Origin: Eubacteriales bacterium
GTDB lineage: Bacteria > Bacillota > Clostridia > Oscillospirales > SIG627
Direction of reading: 5' to 3'
DNA: 64,000 nucleotides
Assembly: GCA_045543495.1 (NCBI GenBank)
Contig: JAZQMO010000066.1
Coordinates: 3,007 to 67,006 of the forward strand
The stretch's first letter is position 1; each line of letters begins with the position of its first letter. Positions 42,969 to 51,652 of the stretch are shown in pieces. Both the position numbers and the translations under genes were made by a program. Below the pieces are notes generated by a model. That model saw nothing but the letters and a program-made list of their open reading frames with translations. It was not told the origin of the DNA and searched no databases.

Positions 42969-44036
42969 ATGACACAAAAGGAAATGACCGCCCTCAATCT
43001 GGGCCAAAGCTTGGATGATCTCGCCAATTTAGACCCCCGAGGCTACGGTGTGTGTAAAATTCTGTATCAGGCCTCCCGAAGCCTTGCAGGCGGCCCCACC
43101 TGTATGAACGGAGCCAAAAAGCTATGTGAGACCCTGAAGGCAGGAGATTTCGTTTATATTATGACGGGCTTTGTTCTGCGCCCCTTCAAAAAAGCGGAAA
43201 TGGATGGCATCGTCAGCTCTGTGCTTCTTTGCAGAGCGCTGGTGAAGGCCTTTGACGTAAAGCCCATCATCGTTTGCCCCGTGGATAATGAAAAGGCCGT
43301 CAGAGCCTTGGCGGGCTGTGTGGGCCTGCATTTGCAGGAGGATTTCACCGCTCTGGCCGAAATTCCCGTTTCCATGGGAATGTTTCTGTTCACCAAGGAT
43401 GTCGCCGAGGCCGAAGGGGAGGCAGACCGCCTCTTAAAGCTCGCACCGCCGAAGGCCGTTATCAGTATTGAGTGCCCCGGTGCCAATGAAAAGGGCGTTT
43501 ATCACAATGCCACGGGTCTGGATGTAACCGAGCTTGAGGCCAAGCAGGATATTCTGTTTGAAAAGGCGCAGAAAATGGGTGTTTTGGATCTTGCCATCGG
43601 CGATCTCGGCAATGAGATCGGAATGGGCGCCATCTCCGATACCTTGAAAGACTATATCCCTTATGCCGCCGAGGGCAGGTGTCGCTGCGGCTGCGGAGGG
43701 GGAATTGCCGCCCGCACCAAGGCGAATAACCTCATTACCGCCACCGTGTCCGATTGGGGCTGCTATGCGCTCATTGCCGCCCTTGCCTTTCTGATGGAAA
43801 ACATCGATATTATGCACGATGCCGAATTGGAAAAGAGAAGTATGATCACCGCCTGTGAAAACGGTATGATCGATATGTACGGCTGGCTCATTCCCGCCAT
43901 TGACGGCTTCGGCACCGAGATCAATCTGCCCATGGTGTCCCTTATGAGAGAAATGGTGAAAAGCGCCCTTTCCCTGAAGGAAACCTGTAAGACCTGGTTT
44001 GAAAAGGTAAATGAATTGGGATTTTTTGAACCGTAA
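42969..44036 (+). CDS. DUF4392 protein (homologous to the C-terminal half of D-glutamate cyclase)
   Basis: ...DPRGYG...VYIMTGF...EMDG...ISIECPG...AIGDLGNEIGMG... pattern that I associate with DUF4392. Confidence 0.6.
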   Translation: MTQKEMTALNLGQSLDDLANLDPRGYGVCKILYQASRSLAGGPTCMNGAKKLCETLKAGDFVYIMTGFVLRPFKKAEMDGIVSSVLLCRALVKAFDVKPIIVCPVDNEKAVRALAGCVGLHLQEDFTALAEIPVSMGMFLFTKDVAEAEGEADRLLKLAPPKAVISIECPGANEKGVYHNATGLDVTELEAKQDILFEKAQKMGVLDLAIGDLGNEIGMGAISDTLKDYIPYAAEGRCRCGCGGGIAARTKANNLITATVSDWGCYALIAALAFLMENIDIMHDAELEKRSMITACENGMIDMYGWLIPAIDGFGTEINLPMVSLMREMVKSALSLKETCKTWFEKVNELGFFEP

Positions 44037-44071
44037 GATCCCGCCTTTTTCTGTGGAAAAGAGAGGAGAGT

Positions 44072-44791
44072 ATGGAAAACATTCGTTTTCTCCCTTGCGG
44101 AGAGGGAGCCTTTACCGTAGCCTTTGATCAAAGGATCTCCGAGACGGTCAATCAAAAGATCCGCTATCTTGCCGCCGAGCTGGAAAAAGCAAAGCTTGCA
44201 GGAGTGGGGGAGACGGTACCGACCTTTTGCAGTCTTACGGTCTTTTTTGATCCCCTTGTGATTTCAAAGCAAAGTTTAAAAAATCAAATCCTCTCCCTGA
44301 TGGGAGCCTATGAGGAGGGCATCGCTTCTGAGAAGCGGGTCTTCCTCGTTCCCGTTTGCTATGAGGGGGAGTTTGCCCCCGATTTAGAGGAGGTATGCCG
44401 CCATACGGGCCTTTCCCGGGAGGAGGTCATACGCCGCCACACCGCCGAGGATTATTTAATTTATATGCTGGGATTTTTGCCCGGCTTTCCTTATTTGGGC
44501 GGAATGGATCCTGCCTTGGAATGCCCGAGGCTTGATACCCCTCGCACAAGGATCCCCGCAGGTGCCGTGGGGATCGGGGGAAAGCAAACGGGCATCTATC
44601 CCTTAGCCTCTCCCGGCGGCTGGCGCCTCATCGGGCAGACCCCCGTCAAGGTCTATGCCCCCGAGCGGGAGGAGCCCATTTTATATCGGGCGGGAGATGC
44701 CATTCGCTTCTATCCCATTTCCGTGGAAGAATACCAAAGGATCGAGGCAGAGGGCGGCCTTGCCATTGAGGTAAGGAGGGAAGAGAAATGA
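44072..44791 (+). CDS. pxpB: 5-oxoprolinase subunit B (PxpB/KipI family)
   Basis: ...FLPCGEGAFTVAF...YLIYMLGFLPGFPYLGGMD...IPAGAVGIGGKQTGIYP... Confidence 0.8.
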   Translation: MENIRFLPCGEGAFTVAFDQRISETVNQKIRYLAAELEKAKLAGVGETVPTFCSLTVFFDPLVISKQSLKNQILSLMGAYEEGIASEKRVFLVPVCYEGEFAPDLEEVCRHTGLSREEVIRRHTAEDYLIYMLGFLPGFPYLGGMDPALECPRLDTPRTRIPAGAVGIGGKQTGIYPLASPGGWRLIGQTPVKVYAPEREEPILYRAGDAIRFYPISVEEYQRIEAEGGLAIEVRREEK

Positions 44792-45735
44792 AAATGACGA
44801 TCCTGTCTCCCGGCCCCCTGACCACCGTTCAGGATCAGGGGCGCTTCGGCTATATGAATACGGGCTTTTCCCCGGGCGGCGCCATGGATCCGGACGCCAT
44901 GAAAAGAGCCAATCTTTTGGTGGGAAATCGGCTCGGAGAGGGTGTTTTGGAAATGACCCTGATGGGAATTACCGCCGAGTTTGACTGTGATACTGTCATC
45001 GGTATTACAGGGGCGGATATGTGCCCCACCGTAAACGGCGAGCCTGTGAATATGAATACTACCGTCTATGTGAAAAAAGGCTCCCGTCTGACTCTTGGCG
45101 CCGCCAAATCGGGAATGAGAGCCTACCTTGCCGTTTCAGGCGGCTTTGCCCTTGAGCCTGTGATGGGAAGCCTTTCCACCAATTTGAAATGTGCTCTTGG
45201 GGGCTTTCAGGGAAGAAAGCTTGCTGCGGGGGATGAAATTTGCCTGAAGCGGGAGACCGCCCCCTCCCAAATCTCGCCTCGCTTTATTGCCGCTCCAAAC
45301 CTCGGAGGAAGAGACATTGCGCTTCACGTGATCCTTGGCCCGCAGGATGATTATTTTACCTCTGAAGGAATTGACAGCTTTTGCCAAAAGGCTTATACTG
45401 TATCTGTCAACTCCGACCGTATGGGCATTCGTTTGGAGGGAGAAAGGATCGAGAATAAAAACGGGGTGGATATTATTTCCGACGGCATTGTTACAGGCTC
45501 GGTTCAGATCCCGCCTGCAGGCGTTCCCATTATTATGATGGCCGACCGCCAAACCACGGGAGGTTATGCCAAAATTGCCACGGTGATCCGCCGTGACCTG
45601 TCCCTTCTTGCTCAGGCAAGACCGGGGGATCGGGTTCGCTTTTATCCCATTACAGAGGAAATGGCTCTTTTGACCCGCAAGGAGGAGTCATTGAAGGAAA
45701 GAAGGCTGACCGAGAAGTATCAGCCCTTGTTTTGA
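44788..45735 (+). CDS. pxpC: 5-oxoprolinase subunit C (PxpC/KipA family)
   Basis: ...GPLTTVQDQGRFGY...GFSPGGAMD...SDRMGIRLEG...MMADRQTTGGYAKIA.... 4-nt overlap with pxpB. Confidence 0.8.
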   Translation: MKMTILSPGPLTTVQDQGRFGYMNTGFSPGGAMDPDAMKRANLLVGNRLGEGVLEMTLMGITAEFDCDTVIGITGADMCPTVNGEPVNMNTTVYVKKGSRLTLGAAKSGMRAYLAVSGGFALEPVMGSLSTNLKCALGGFQGRKLAAGDEICLKRETAPSQISPRFIAAPNLGGRDIALHVILGPQDDYFTSEGIDSFCQKAYTVSVNSDRMGIRLEGERIENKNGVDIISDGIVTGSVQIPPAGVPIIMMADRQTTGGYAKIATVIRRDLSLLAQARPGDRVRFYPITEEMALLTRKEESLKERRLTEKYQPLF

Positions 45736-45745
45736 AGGAGAATTT

Positions 45746-46531
45746 ATGGATGTTTCCAAAATGAGCCCGAAGGCGGTGCGTGATCTGATCCGTCAAGGGA
45801 AGATCACCTCCCAGACCTCGGGAATGTGTGACGGCTTTGCTCAGGCCAATCTTTTGATCCTGCCCCGTGAGCAGGCCTATGACTTTTTGCTTTTCACGCA
45901 GCGCAATCCCAAATCCTGCCCCATTCTGGAGGTGGGGGATGTGGGAAGCCGTTTGGTGAAGAAAATGGCAGACTGCGCCGATATTGCCACCGATCTTCCC
46001 AAGTACCGACTTTGGGAAAACGGCGTTTTGACAGGGGAATATACGGATATCTCCTCCCTTTGGAGAGAGGATTTTGTGTATTTTCTCATTGGCTGTTCCT
46101 TCTCCTTTGAAGGGGAATTGTTGGCGGCCGATGTGCCTGTCCGTCAAATTGAAGAGGGGAAAAACGTACCCATGTACCTGACCAATATCCCCTGCGAGGA
46201 GGCGGGTATTTTCCACGGTAATTTGGTGGTCAGTATGAGACCGATGCCCGCAAGGGATGCCATCCGTGCCATCAGCATCACCTCCACTATGCCCCGTGTC
46301 CACGGTGCTCCCATTCACATCGGTGACCCCTCGCAGATCGGCATTGCAGACCTTGCAAAGCCTGATTTCGGGGATCGTGTTACGGTGAAGGAGGGAGAGA
46401 TCCCCGTGTTTTGGTGCTGCGGTGTGACCCCGCAATCCGTGGTGATGAGCGCCAAGCCTCCCATTGCCATCTCTCACGCACCGGGACATATGTTTATTAC
46501 CGATGTGAAAAATACTTTGTTAAAGGATTGA
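45746..46531 (+). CDS. DUF1445 putative hydro-lyase (YcsI / D-glutamate cyclase N-half family)
   Basis: ...VRDLIRQGKITSQTSGMCDGFAQANLLILP...FLLFTQRNPKSCPILEV...HGAPIHIGDP... Confidence 0.7.
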   Translation: MDVSKMSPKAVRDLIRQGKITSQTSGMCDGFAQANLLILPREQAYDFLLFTQRNPKSCPILEVGDVGSRLVKKMADCADIATDLPKYRLWENGVLTGEYTDISSLWREDFVYFLIGCSFSFEGELLAADVPVRQIEEGKNVPMYLTNIPCEEAGIFHGNLVVSMRPMPARDAIRAISITSTMPRVHGAPIHIGDPSQIGIADLAKPDFGDRVTVKEGEIPVFWCCGVTPQSVVMSAKPPIAISHAPGHMFITDVKNTLLKD

Positions 46532-46535
46532 ACGT

Positions 46536-47321
46536 ATGTATTTTGTAGATTTGAACAGCGACCTTGGGGAAAGCTTCGGTGCCTACCGCATCGGAATGGA
46601 TGAAAAGATCCTTCCCTTGGTCTCCTCGGCCAATGTCGCTTGCGGCTTTCACGCAGGAGACCCCAATGTGATGCAAAAGACCGCCCGCCTTTGTGCCGAG
46701 CACGGCGCATCTCTCGGTGCTCATCCCGGCTTTCCCGATCTTCAGGGCTTCGGTAGGCGAAATCTTTCCGTTTCCCCCGAGGAAGTGAGGTGTATGATCC
46801 TCTATCAGATCGGCGCCCTGGATGCCTTCTGCAAGGCCTCGGGAATTCGGATGCAGCACGTAAAGCCCCACGGCGCTCTGTATAATATGGCTGCCAAGGA
46901 TCCTGCATTGGCCGAGGCCATCTGCCGTGGGATTTATGAATATGACCCGAGCCTGATCCTTCTTGGTCTTGCAGGCAGTGAAATGCTCCGTCAGGCCAAA
47001 AAGATCGGCCTTCCCGCCGCCTGCGAGGTCTTTGCTGACCGCGCTTATGAGGACGATGGCTCCTTGGTTTCAAGATCCAAGCCCGGTGCTATGATCCACG
47101 ATGAAACCGAAGCCGTTTCCCGCGTGGTGGGAATGATCAAAAACGGTACCGTCAAGTCCATCAACGGCAAAACCATCGAGCTTTGTCCCGATTCCGTCTG
47201 CGTTCACGGAGACAGTGAAAAGGCGCTTCTTTTCGTTCAAAAAATTCGGGATGCCCTTGTTTCGGAAGGCATTGAGATCGCTCCTCTGAAAACCGTTTTG
47301 CAGAAAAGAGGCGTTCAGTGA
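46536..47321 (+). CDS. pxpA: 5-oxoprolinase subunit A (PxpA, LamB/YcsF family)
   Basis: VDLNSDLGESFG...SSANVACGFHAGDPNVM...HVKPHGALYN... Confidence 0.85.
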   Translation: MYFVDLNSDLGESFGAYRIGMDEKILPLVSSANVACGFHAGDPNVMQKTARLCAEHGASLGAHPGFPDLQGFGRRNLSVSPEEVRCMILYQIGALDAFCKASGIRMQHVKPHGALYNMAAKDPALAEAICRGIYEYDPSLILLGLAGSEMLRQAKKIGLPAACEVFADRAYEDDGSLVSRSKPGAMIHDETEAVSRVVGMIKNGTVKSINGKTIELCPDSVCVHGDSEKALLFVQKIRDALVSEGIEIAPLKTVLQKRGVQ

Positions 47322-48445
47322 GCCGCTTTCTCAGAACCTATGCCCGAGTGGATCTCGGGGCCGTCAGGGCCAATTTCAAGGCATTGAGATCCTGCCTTCC
47401 CGAGGGGGTCAAGGCGCTTGCCACCGTGAAGGCCGATGCCTACGGTCACGGCAGCATCCAAGTTTCCCTCGCTCTGGAAGAGGAAGCGGATTATTTTGCC
47501 GTAGCCTGTCTCGAGGAGGCTCTTACTCTTCGGAAAGGCGGTATCCGTAAGCCCATCCTGATCCTTTCCTACACCCACCCGTCTCTCTTTTGTGAATTGA
47601 TCGCAAATGATATCACCGCAACGGTCTACCGTACCGAGGATGCGCTCCTGTTATCCGAGGAGGCAGTGAAAATGGGGAAAAAAGCCCGTGTTCATCTTGC
47701 GGTCGATACAGGAATGGGGCGTATCGGCTTTTCTCCCGATGAAGAGGGGGCGAATGCCGTTGCAGAAATTTTTAAGCTTTCGGGCCTTGAAGCGGAGGGC
47801 ATTTTCAGCCACCTTGCCCGAGCCGATGAAAGAGACAAAAGCACCGCCCTGTTGCAGAGAGAACGCTTTGATTTCTTTTTGCATCTTTTGGAGGAAAAGG
47901 GCTGCCGCTTTTCCATTCGCCACCTATGCAACAGCGCCGGCACGATGGAATTTCCCGAAAAATATGATATGTGCCGCTTCGGCATTTCTCTTTACGGCTT
48001 GTACCCCTCCCAAGAAATGGATCGCAGCAGGGTAAAGCTCACCCCCGCTATGGAGGTGATCAGCCACGTGATCCACGTAAAGACCGTGCCTGCAGGCACT
48101 CCCATCGGCTATGGACACACCTATATTGCTCCTGCCGAGCGGCGTATTGCCACCGTCAGCATCGGCTATGCCGATGGCTTCAACCGCTCCCTTTCGGGAA
48201 AAGGCTTTGTTTTGATCCGAGGGAAAAGAGCCGCAGTGGTGGGAAGAGTCTGTATGGATCAGATCATGGTGGATGTCACCGAGATCCCCGATGCCGCCGT
48301 GGGAGATGAGGCCGTCATTCTCGGAAAAAGCGGGGAAGAGGAGATCTGTGCAGAAGACCTCGGAGAGATGGCAGGCAGCTTCCATTACGAGGTGGTCTGC
48401 AATTTTATGCCCCGTGTCACAAGAGTCTACCTTGAGGACAAGTGA
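47318..48445 (+). CDS. alr: alanine racemase (copy 2)
   Basis: GTG 47318 overlaps the pxpA stop and follows AAGAGG. Motifs: ATVKADAYGHG, RFGISLYGLYPS, VSIGYADGF and VCMDQIMVDV. Confidence 0.85.
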   Translation: MSRFLRTYARVDLGAVRANFKALRSCLPEGVKALATVKADAYGHGSIQVSLALEEEADYFAVACLEEALTLRKGGIRKPILILSYTHPSLFCELIANDITATVYRTEDALLLSEEAVKMGKKARVHLAVDTGMGRIGFSPDEEGANAVAEIFKLSGLEAEGIFSHLARADERDKSTALLQRERFDFFLHLLEEKGCRFSIRHLCNSAGTMEFPEKYDMCRFGISLYGLYPSQEMDRSRVKLTPAMEVISHVIHVKTVPAGTPIGYGHTYIAPAERRIATVSIGYADGFNRSLSGKGFVLIRGKRAAVVGRVCMDQIMVDVTEIPDAAVGDEAVILGKSGEEEICAEDLGEMAGSFHYEVVCNFMPRVTRVYLEDK

Positions 48446-48474
48446 TTTCTTTTGAAAAAAATAAGATTTTTTTC

Positions 48475-48503
48475 TTGACAAGCACGGCGAATTTTGTTAT
48501 ACT
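48475..48503 (+). promoter_or_regulatory. sigma-A promoter of the tRNA pair
   Basis: TTGACA, 17 nt, then TATACT preceded by TGt (extended -10). Confidence 0.55.
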
Positions 48504-48529
48504 ACTTGGGCACCGAAAAGTGCCCATCT

Positions 48530-48605
48530 GCGGATTTAGCTCATTTGGTAGAGCGCGACCTTGCCAAGGTCGAGGTGGCGGGTTCGAGCCCCGTAATCCG
48601 CTCCA
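48530..48605 (+). tRNA. tRNA-Gly (anticodon GCC), CCA encoded
   Basis: The hand-folded cloverleaf is gcggatt|ta|gctc-atttggta-gagc|g|cgacc-ttGCCaa-ggtcg|aggtg|gcggg-ttcgagc-cccgt|aatccgc|t|cca. Confidence 0.9.
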
Positions 48606-48608
48606 GTT

Positions 48609-48685
48609 GGCCTGGTAGTTCAGTTGGTTAGAACGCTAGCCTGTCACGCTAGAGGTCAGGGGTTCGAGCCCCCTTCAGGTCGCCA
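48609..48685 (+). tRNA. tRNA-Asp (anticodon GUC), CCA encoded
   Basis: The hand-folded cloverleaf is ggcctgg|ta|gttc-agttggtta-gaac|g|ctagc-ctGTCac-gctag|aggtc|agggg-ttcgagc-cccct|tcaggtc|g|cca. Confidence 0.9.
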
Positions 48686-48714
48686 AAGCCCTTGCTATCG
48701 CAGGGGCTTTTTTC
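48686..48714 (+). terminator. terminator after tRNA pair
   Basis: aagcccttgc tatc gcaggggctt followed by a T-run. Confidence 0.55.
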
Positions 48715-48733
48715 TTTTAGAAAAGAGGATCGT

Positions 48734-49402
48734 ATGAAAATCATTGCTCATATCATAACGGATTTTCCCACCAAATTCGGAATCCCTCGCCAAAGCGGGA
48801 TCTTGGCGGAATTGGAGAGCAGAATTGTTTTCGAGAAGGAGTTTTCCAATCCCGATTATATCCGTGGCATTGAGGATTTTTCCCACCTGTGGCTCCTTTG
48901 GTGCTTCTCGGAAAACGGGGAGCATAAGCCCTCTCCCACCGTGCGCCCGCCAAGGCTTGGGGGCAATGTGCGAAAAGGAGTCTTTGCCACCCGATCCCCC
49001 TTCCGTCCCAATCCCATCGGGCTTTCCTGTGTGCGCCTTGTGAGGGTGGAGGAGACAAGCGACGGCCCCGTTCTCGTGGTCACGGGGGCAGATCTTGTCA
49101 GCGGCACCCCGATCTATGATATCAAGCCTTACCTACCCCATTTTGATTCTCATCCCGAGGCTCTCGGCGGCTTTTCTGATGAGCACTTTGCCGATTCTCT
49201 CGAGGTTAAGGCTCCCTCAGATCTTCTGTCCCTCTTTCCCGAAAAGAAAAGGGAAGCGCTTCTTGAGATCCTCCGTCAGGATCCCCGTCCCTCTTATCAT
49301 AACGATGAGGAGCGTGTTTACGGCTTTCCCTTCGCAGGCTTTGAGATCCGCTTTCGGGTGGAAAAGAATACCTGCCTTGTTCTCTCTGCAGAAAAAATCT
49401 AA
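48734..49402 (+). CDS. trmO: tRNA (m6t6A37) methyltransferase TrmO/TsaA
   Basis: ATG 48734. ...FGIPRQSG...FSHLWLLWCF...RPPRLGGN...GVFATRSPFRPNPIGLS. Confidence 0.8.
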   Translation: MKIIAHIITDFPTKFGIPRQSGILAELESRIVFEKEFSNPDYIRGIEDFSHLWLLWCFSENGEHKPSPTVRPPRLGGNVRKGVFATRSPFRPNPIGLSCVRLVRVEETSDGPVLVVTGADLVSGTPIYDIKPYLPHFDSHPEALGGFSDEHFADSLEVKAPSDLLSLFPEKKREALLEILRQDPRPSYHNDEERVYGFPFAGFEIRFRVEKNTCLVLSAEKI

Positions 49403-49411
49403 AATGAGTAT

Positions 49412-49444
49412 AAAAAAAGCAACCGATTTCGGTTGCTTTTTTGC
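49412..49444. terminator. bidirectional terminator (trmO / metK)
   Basis: aaaaaaagcaaccg attt cggttgctttttt. Confidence 0.6.
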
Positions 49445-49446
49445 TT

Positions 49447-50580
49447 TTAGAACATCGCTTTTAATTTTTCAGCAAGGTCGGTCTTTTCCCAGGGAGCAGA
49501 AAGCTCCTCACGGCCCATATGACCGTAGGCGGCAAAGGCCTTGTAAATGGGACGGCGAAGATCCAGCGTGCGAATGATTCCCTGAGGAGTCAGATCCACA
49601 AGCTTTCTCAATGCTTCACCGATCTTGTCATCGGAAACCTTGCCCGTGCCGAAGGTGTCCACCAAAACAGAGGTGGGCTCGGCAACGCCGATGGCGTAGG
49701 AGATCTGAACCTCGCACTTTTTGGCAAGGCCGGAGGCCACAACGTTCTTGGCAAGATAACGGGTGGCGTAGGAGGCGCTTCTGTCCACCTTGGTGGGATC
49801 CTTTCCGGAAAAGGCACCGCCACCGTGACGGGAGTAACCGCCGTAGGTGTCAACAATGATCTTTCTGCCTGTCAGACCGGAGTCACCCTGAGGCCCGCCA
49901 ACCACGAAGCGACCCGTGGGGTTAACGAAGATCTTGGTTTCCCGATCCATCCACTTGGGATCAATGGTGGGCTCGATTACGTGCTTGATAATATCGGCAC
50001 GAATGGTGGCCTGATCCACATCGGCCCCGTGCTGAGAGGAAACTACAATGGTCTCGATTCGGGTAGGAACACCGTCTTCGTATTCCACCGTAACCTGAGT
50101 CTTTCCGTCGGGACGGAGATAGGGGAGAACCCCGCTCTTTCTGGCGTTTGTTAAAGTTTTGGCAAGGGAATGGGCAAGAGAAATGGGCAGAGGCATCAAT
50201 TCGGGGGTCTCATCGCAAGCGTAGCCGAACATCATACCCTGATCGCCCGCACCCTCGGCATCCACACCCATAGCGATATCGGGGGACTGCTTGTGTACGG
50301 AGCTGATGACAGCGCAGGTGTCGCAATCAAAGCCGAATTTTGCTCTGTCGTATCCGATTTCACGAATGGTCTCTCTGGCGATCTCCTGAAAATCAGGAAT
50401 GGCGGTGGTGGTGATCTCACCCATGATCAGAACAAGACCTGTGGTCACGGCGGTCTCGCAGGCAACTCTTGCCATGGGGTCTACCTTCAGGATCTCATCC
50501 AAAACCGCATCGGAGATCTGGTCACAGATTTTATCGGGATGTCCCTCTGTCACCGATTCCGAGGTAAAGTATTGTTTCAT
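49447..50580 (-). CDS. metK: methionine adenosyltransferase
   Basis: [24 protein letters not shown]...[12 protein letters not shown]...[12 protein letters not shown] 50580 lies after AAGGATG. Confidence 0.9.
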   Translation of the reverse strand: MKQYFTSESVTEGHPDKICDQISDAVLDEILKVDPMARVACETAVTTGLVLIMGEITTTAIPDFQEIARETIREIGYDRAKFGFDCDTCAVISSVHKQSPDIAMGVDAEGAGDQGMMFGYACDETPELMPLPISLAHSLAKTLTNARKSGVLPYLRPDGKTQVTVEYEDGVPTRIETIVVSSQHGADVDQATIRADIIKHVIEPTIDPKWMDRETKIFVNPTGRFVVGGPQGDSGLTGRKIIVDTYGGYSRHGGGAFSGKDPTKVDRSASYATRYLAKNVVASGLAKKCEVQISYAIGVAEPTSVLVDTFGTGKVSDDKIGEALRKLVDLTPQGIIRTLDLRRPIYKAFAAYGHMGREELSAPWEKTDLAEKLKAMF

Positions 50581-50618
50581 TTGGTCACACATCCTTATGT
50601 TTTCTTTTAGTCCTATCC

Positions 50619-50647
50619 ATTATAGTAAAAAGCTGTCAAAAAATCAA
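50619..50647 (-). promoter_or_regulatory. candidate sigma-A promoter of metK
   Basis: On the minus strand: TTGATT, 17 nt, then TATAAT, about 35 nt upstream of the ATG. Confidence 0.45.
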
Positions 50648-50758
50648 GACCTTTGGGGAAAAAGTGCACGAAGAACCCGTTTTCTCCCGAAAGGGGCTTT
50701 TTTCTGTCAAAAAATGCTTCTATTATTCGTGAAAAGTGCCGAAATAGAGCACAAATTC

Positions 50759-50787
50759 TTGACTGAAAACTGTTTTTGTGTTACAAT
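50759..50787 (+). promoter_or_regulatory. candidate sigma-A promoter of the MinD-like/MGS-like/aspS unit
   Basis: TTGACT, 17 nt, then TGtTACAAT. Confidence 0.45.
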
Positions 50788-50810
50788 AATACGAATGAAA
50801 ATCGGGTTCT

Positions 50811-51632
50811 ATGCGGTTTTTTAGACCGCAGGAAAATGATCCGGAGGAGAAAGAATTGGGACAGATCGTTGTAGTCACCAGCCTGAAGGGCGGGGTAGGA
50901 AAAACCGTTTTTTCCGCATCCTTAGCGTTTGATCTCGCTCGTCTCGGCAAGCGTGTGCTTGCGGTGGATATGGATCTCGGCACGGGAGGGCTGGATATTG
51001 CCCTTGGCCGTGAGGATTTGGTGCTTCCCACCTTTTTGGATCTTTTGGATGGCTCCATTTCCGCCTCCGAGGCGCTTTTCCCGGGGGAGGACGGGGTGTA
51101 TTTTCTCTCCGCACCCGTTTTTTTCAATGAGAAAAGTTTGGAGGATATCTCTCAAGAGGCCTTTGACCACTTGGTGGATTTCTTGAAGGAAAATTTTGAT
51201 GTGGTCATTTTTGATATGCCCGCCGGCGGCGGCGCCGCATTTCCTTTTCTGGAGCAGGGGGGCCGAACGGATCTGACCGTTTTGGTCACCACCAGCGCAC
51301 CCACCGCAGTCCGCGCGGCAGAGCGCTGTGCCATGCGGCTTGCCGAGCCCGAAAAAACCAAGCTTCTTCTCAATTGCTATCACCTTTCAAGCCCTAAGGA
51401 CAATACCTTCCGCATTACGGAGATCATCCAAAGGGCGAGCGTTCCCATTCTGGGCGTGGTTCCCTTTGACGGGGGAGCGGAAAAGGCGCTGGCCAAGGGA
51501 CGTCCCCTTGCAGGGGTAAAAAAGAGCCCTGCGGGAAAGGCGGTGTCCAACATCGCACTCCGCATTTTGGGAGATAGCATTCCTCTTTTGAAGGGTGTTA
51601 TGCCCGGCAAAAAGAGATTTCGTTTTTATTGA
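50811..51632 (+). CDS. MinD/ParA-family P-loop ATPase
   Basis: Deviant Walker A SLKGGVGKT and ...VLAVDMDLGTGGLDIALG.... An alternative TTG start at 50856 follows GGAGGAGAA. No minC or minE is adjacent. Confidence 0.7.
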   Translation: MRFFRPQENDPEEKELGQIVVVTSLKGGVGKTVFSASLAFDLARLGKRVLAVDMDLGTGGLDIALGREDLVLPTFLDLLDGSISASEALFPGEDGVYFLSAPVFFNEKSLEDISQEAFDHLVDFLKENFDVVIFDMPAGGGAAFPFLEQGGRTDLTVLVTTSAPTAVRAAERCAMRLAEPEKTKLLLNCYHLSSPKDNTFRITEIIQRASVPILGVVPFDGGAEKALAKGRPLAGVKKSPAGKAVSNIALRILGDSIPLLKGVMPGKKRFRFY

Positions 51633-51652
51633 TTTTCAGGGAGGTGTAAAAT

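Noticed and set aside
48508-48525. Hairpin gggcac-cgaaaa-gtgccc between the tRNA promoter and tRNA-Gly as a regulatory element
   Set aside because: It is a short leader hairpin in a tRNA precursor, most simply explained as a processing context. Nothing distinguishes it further.
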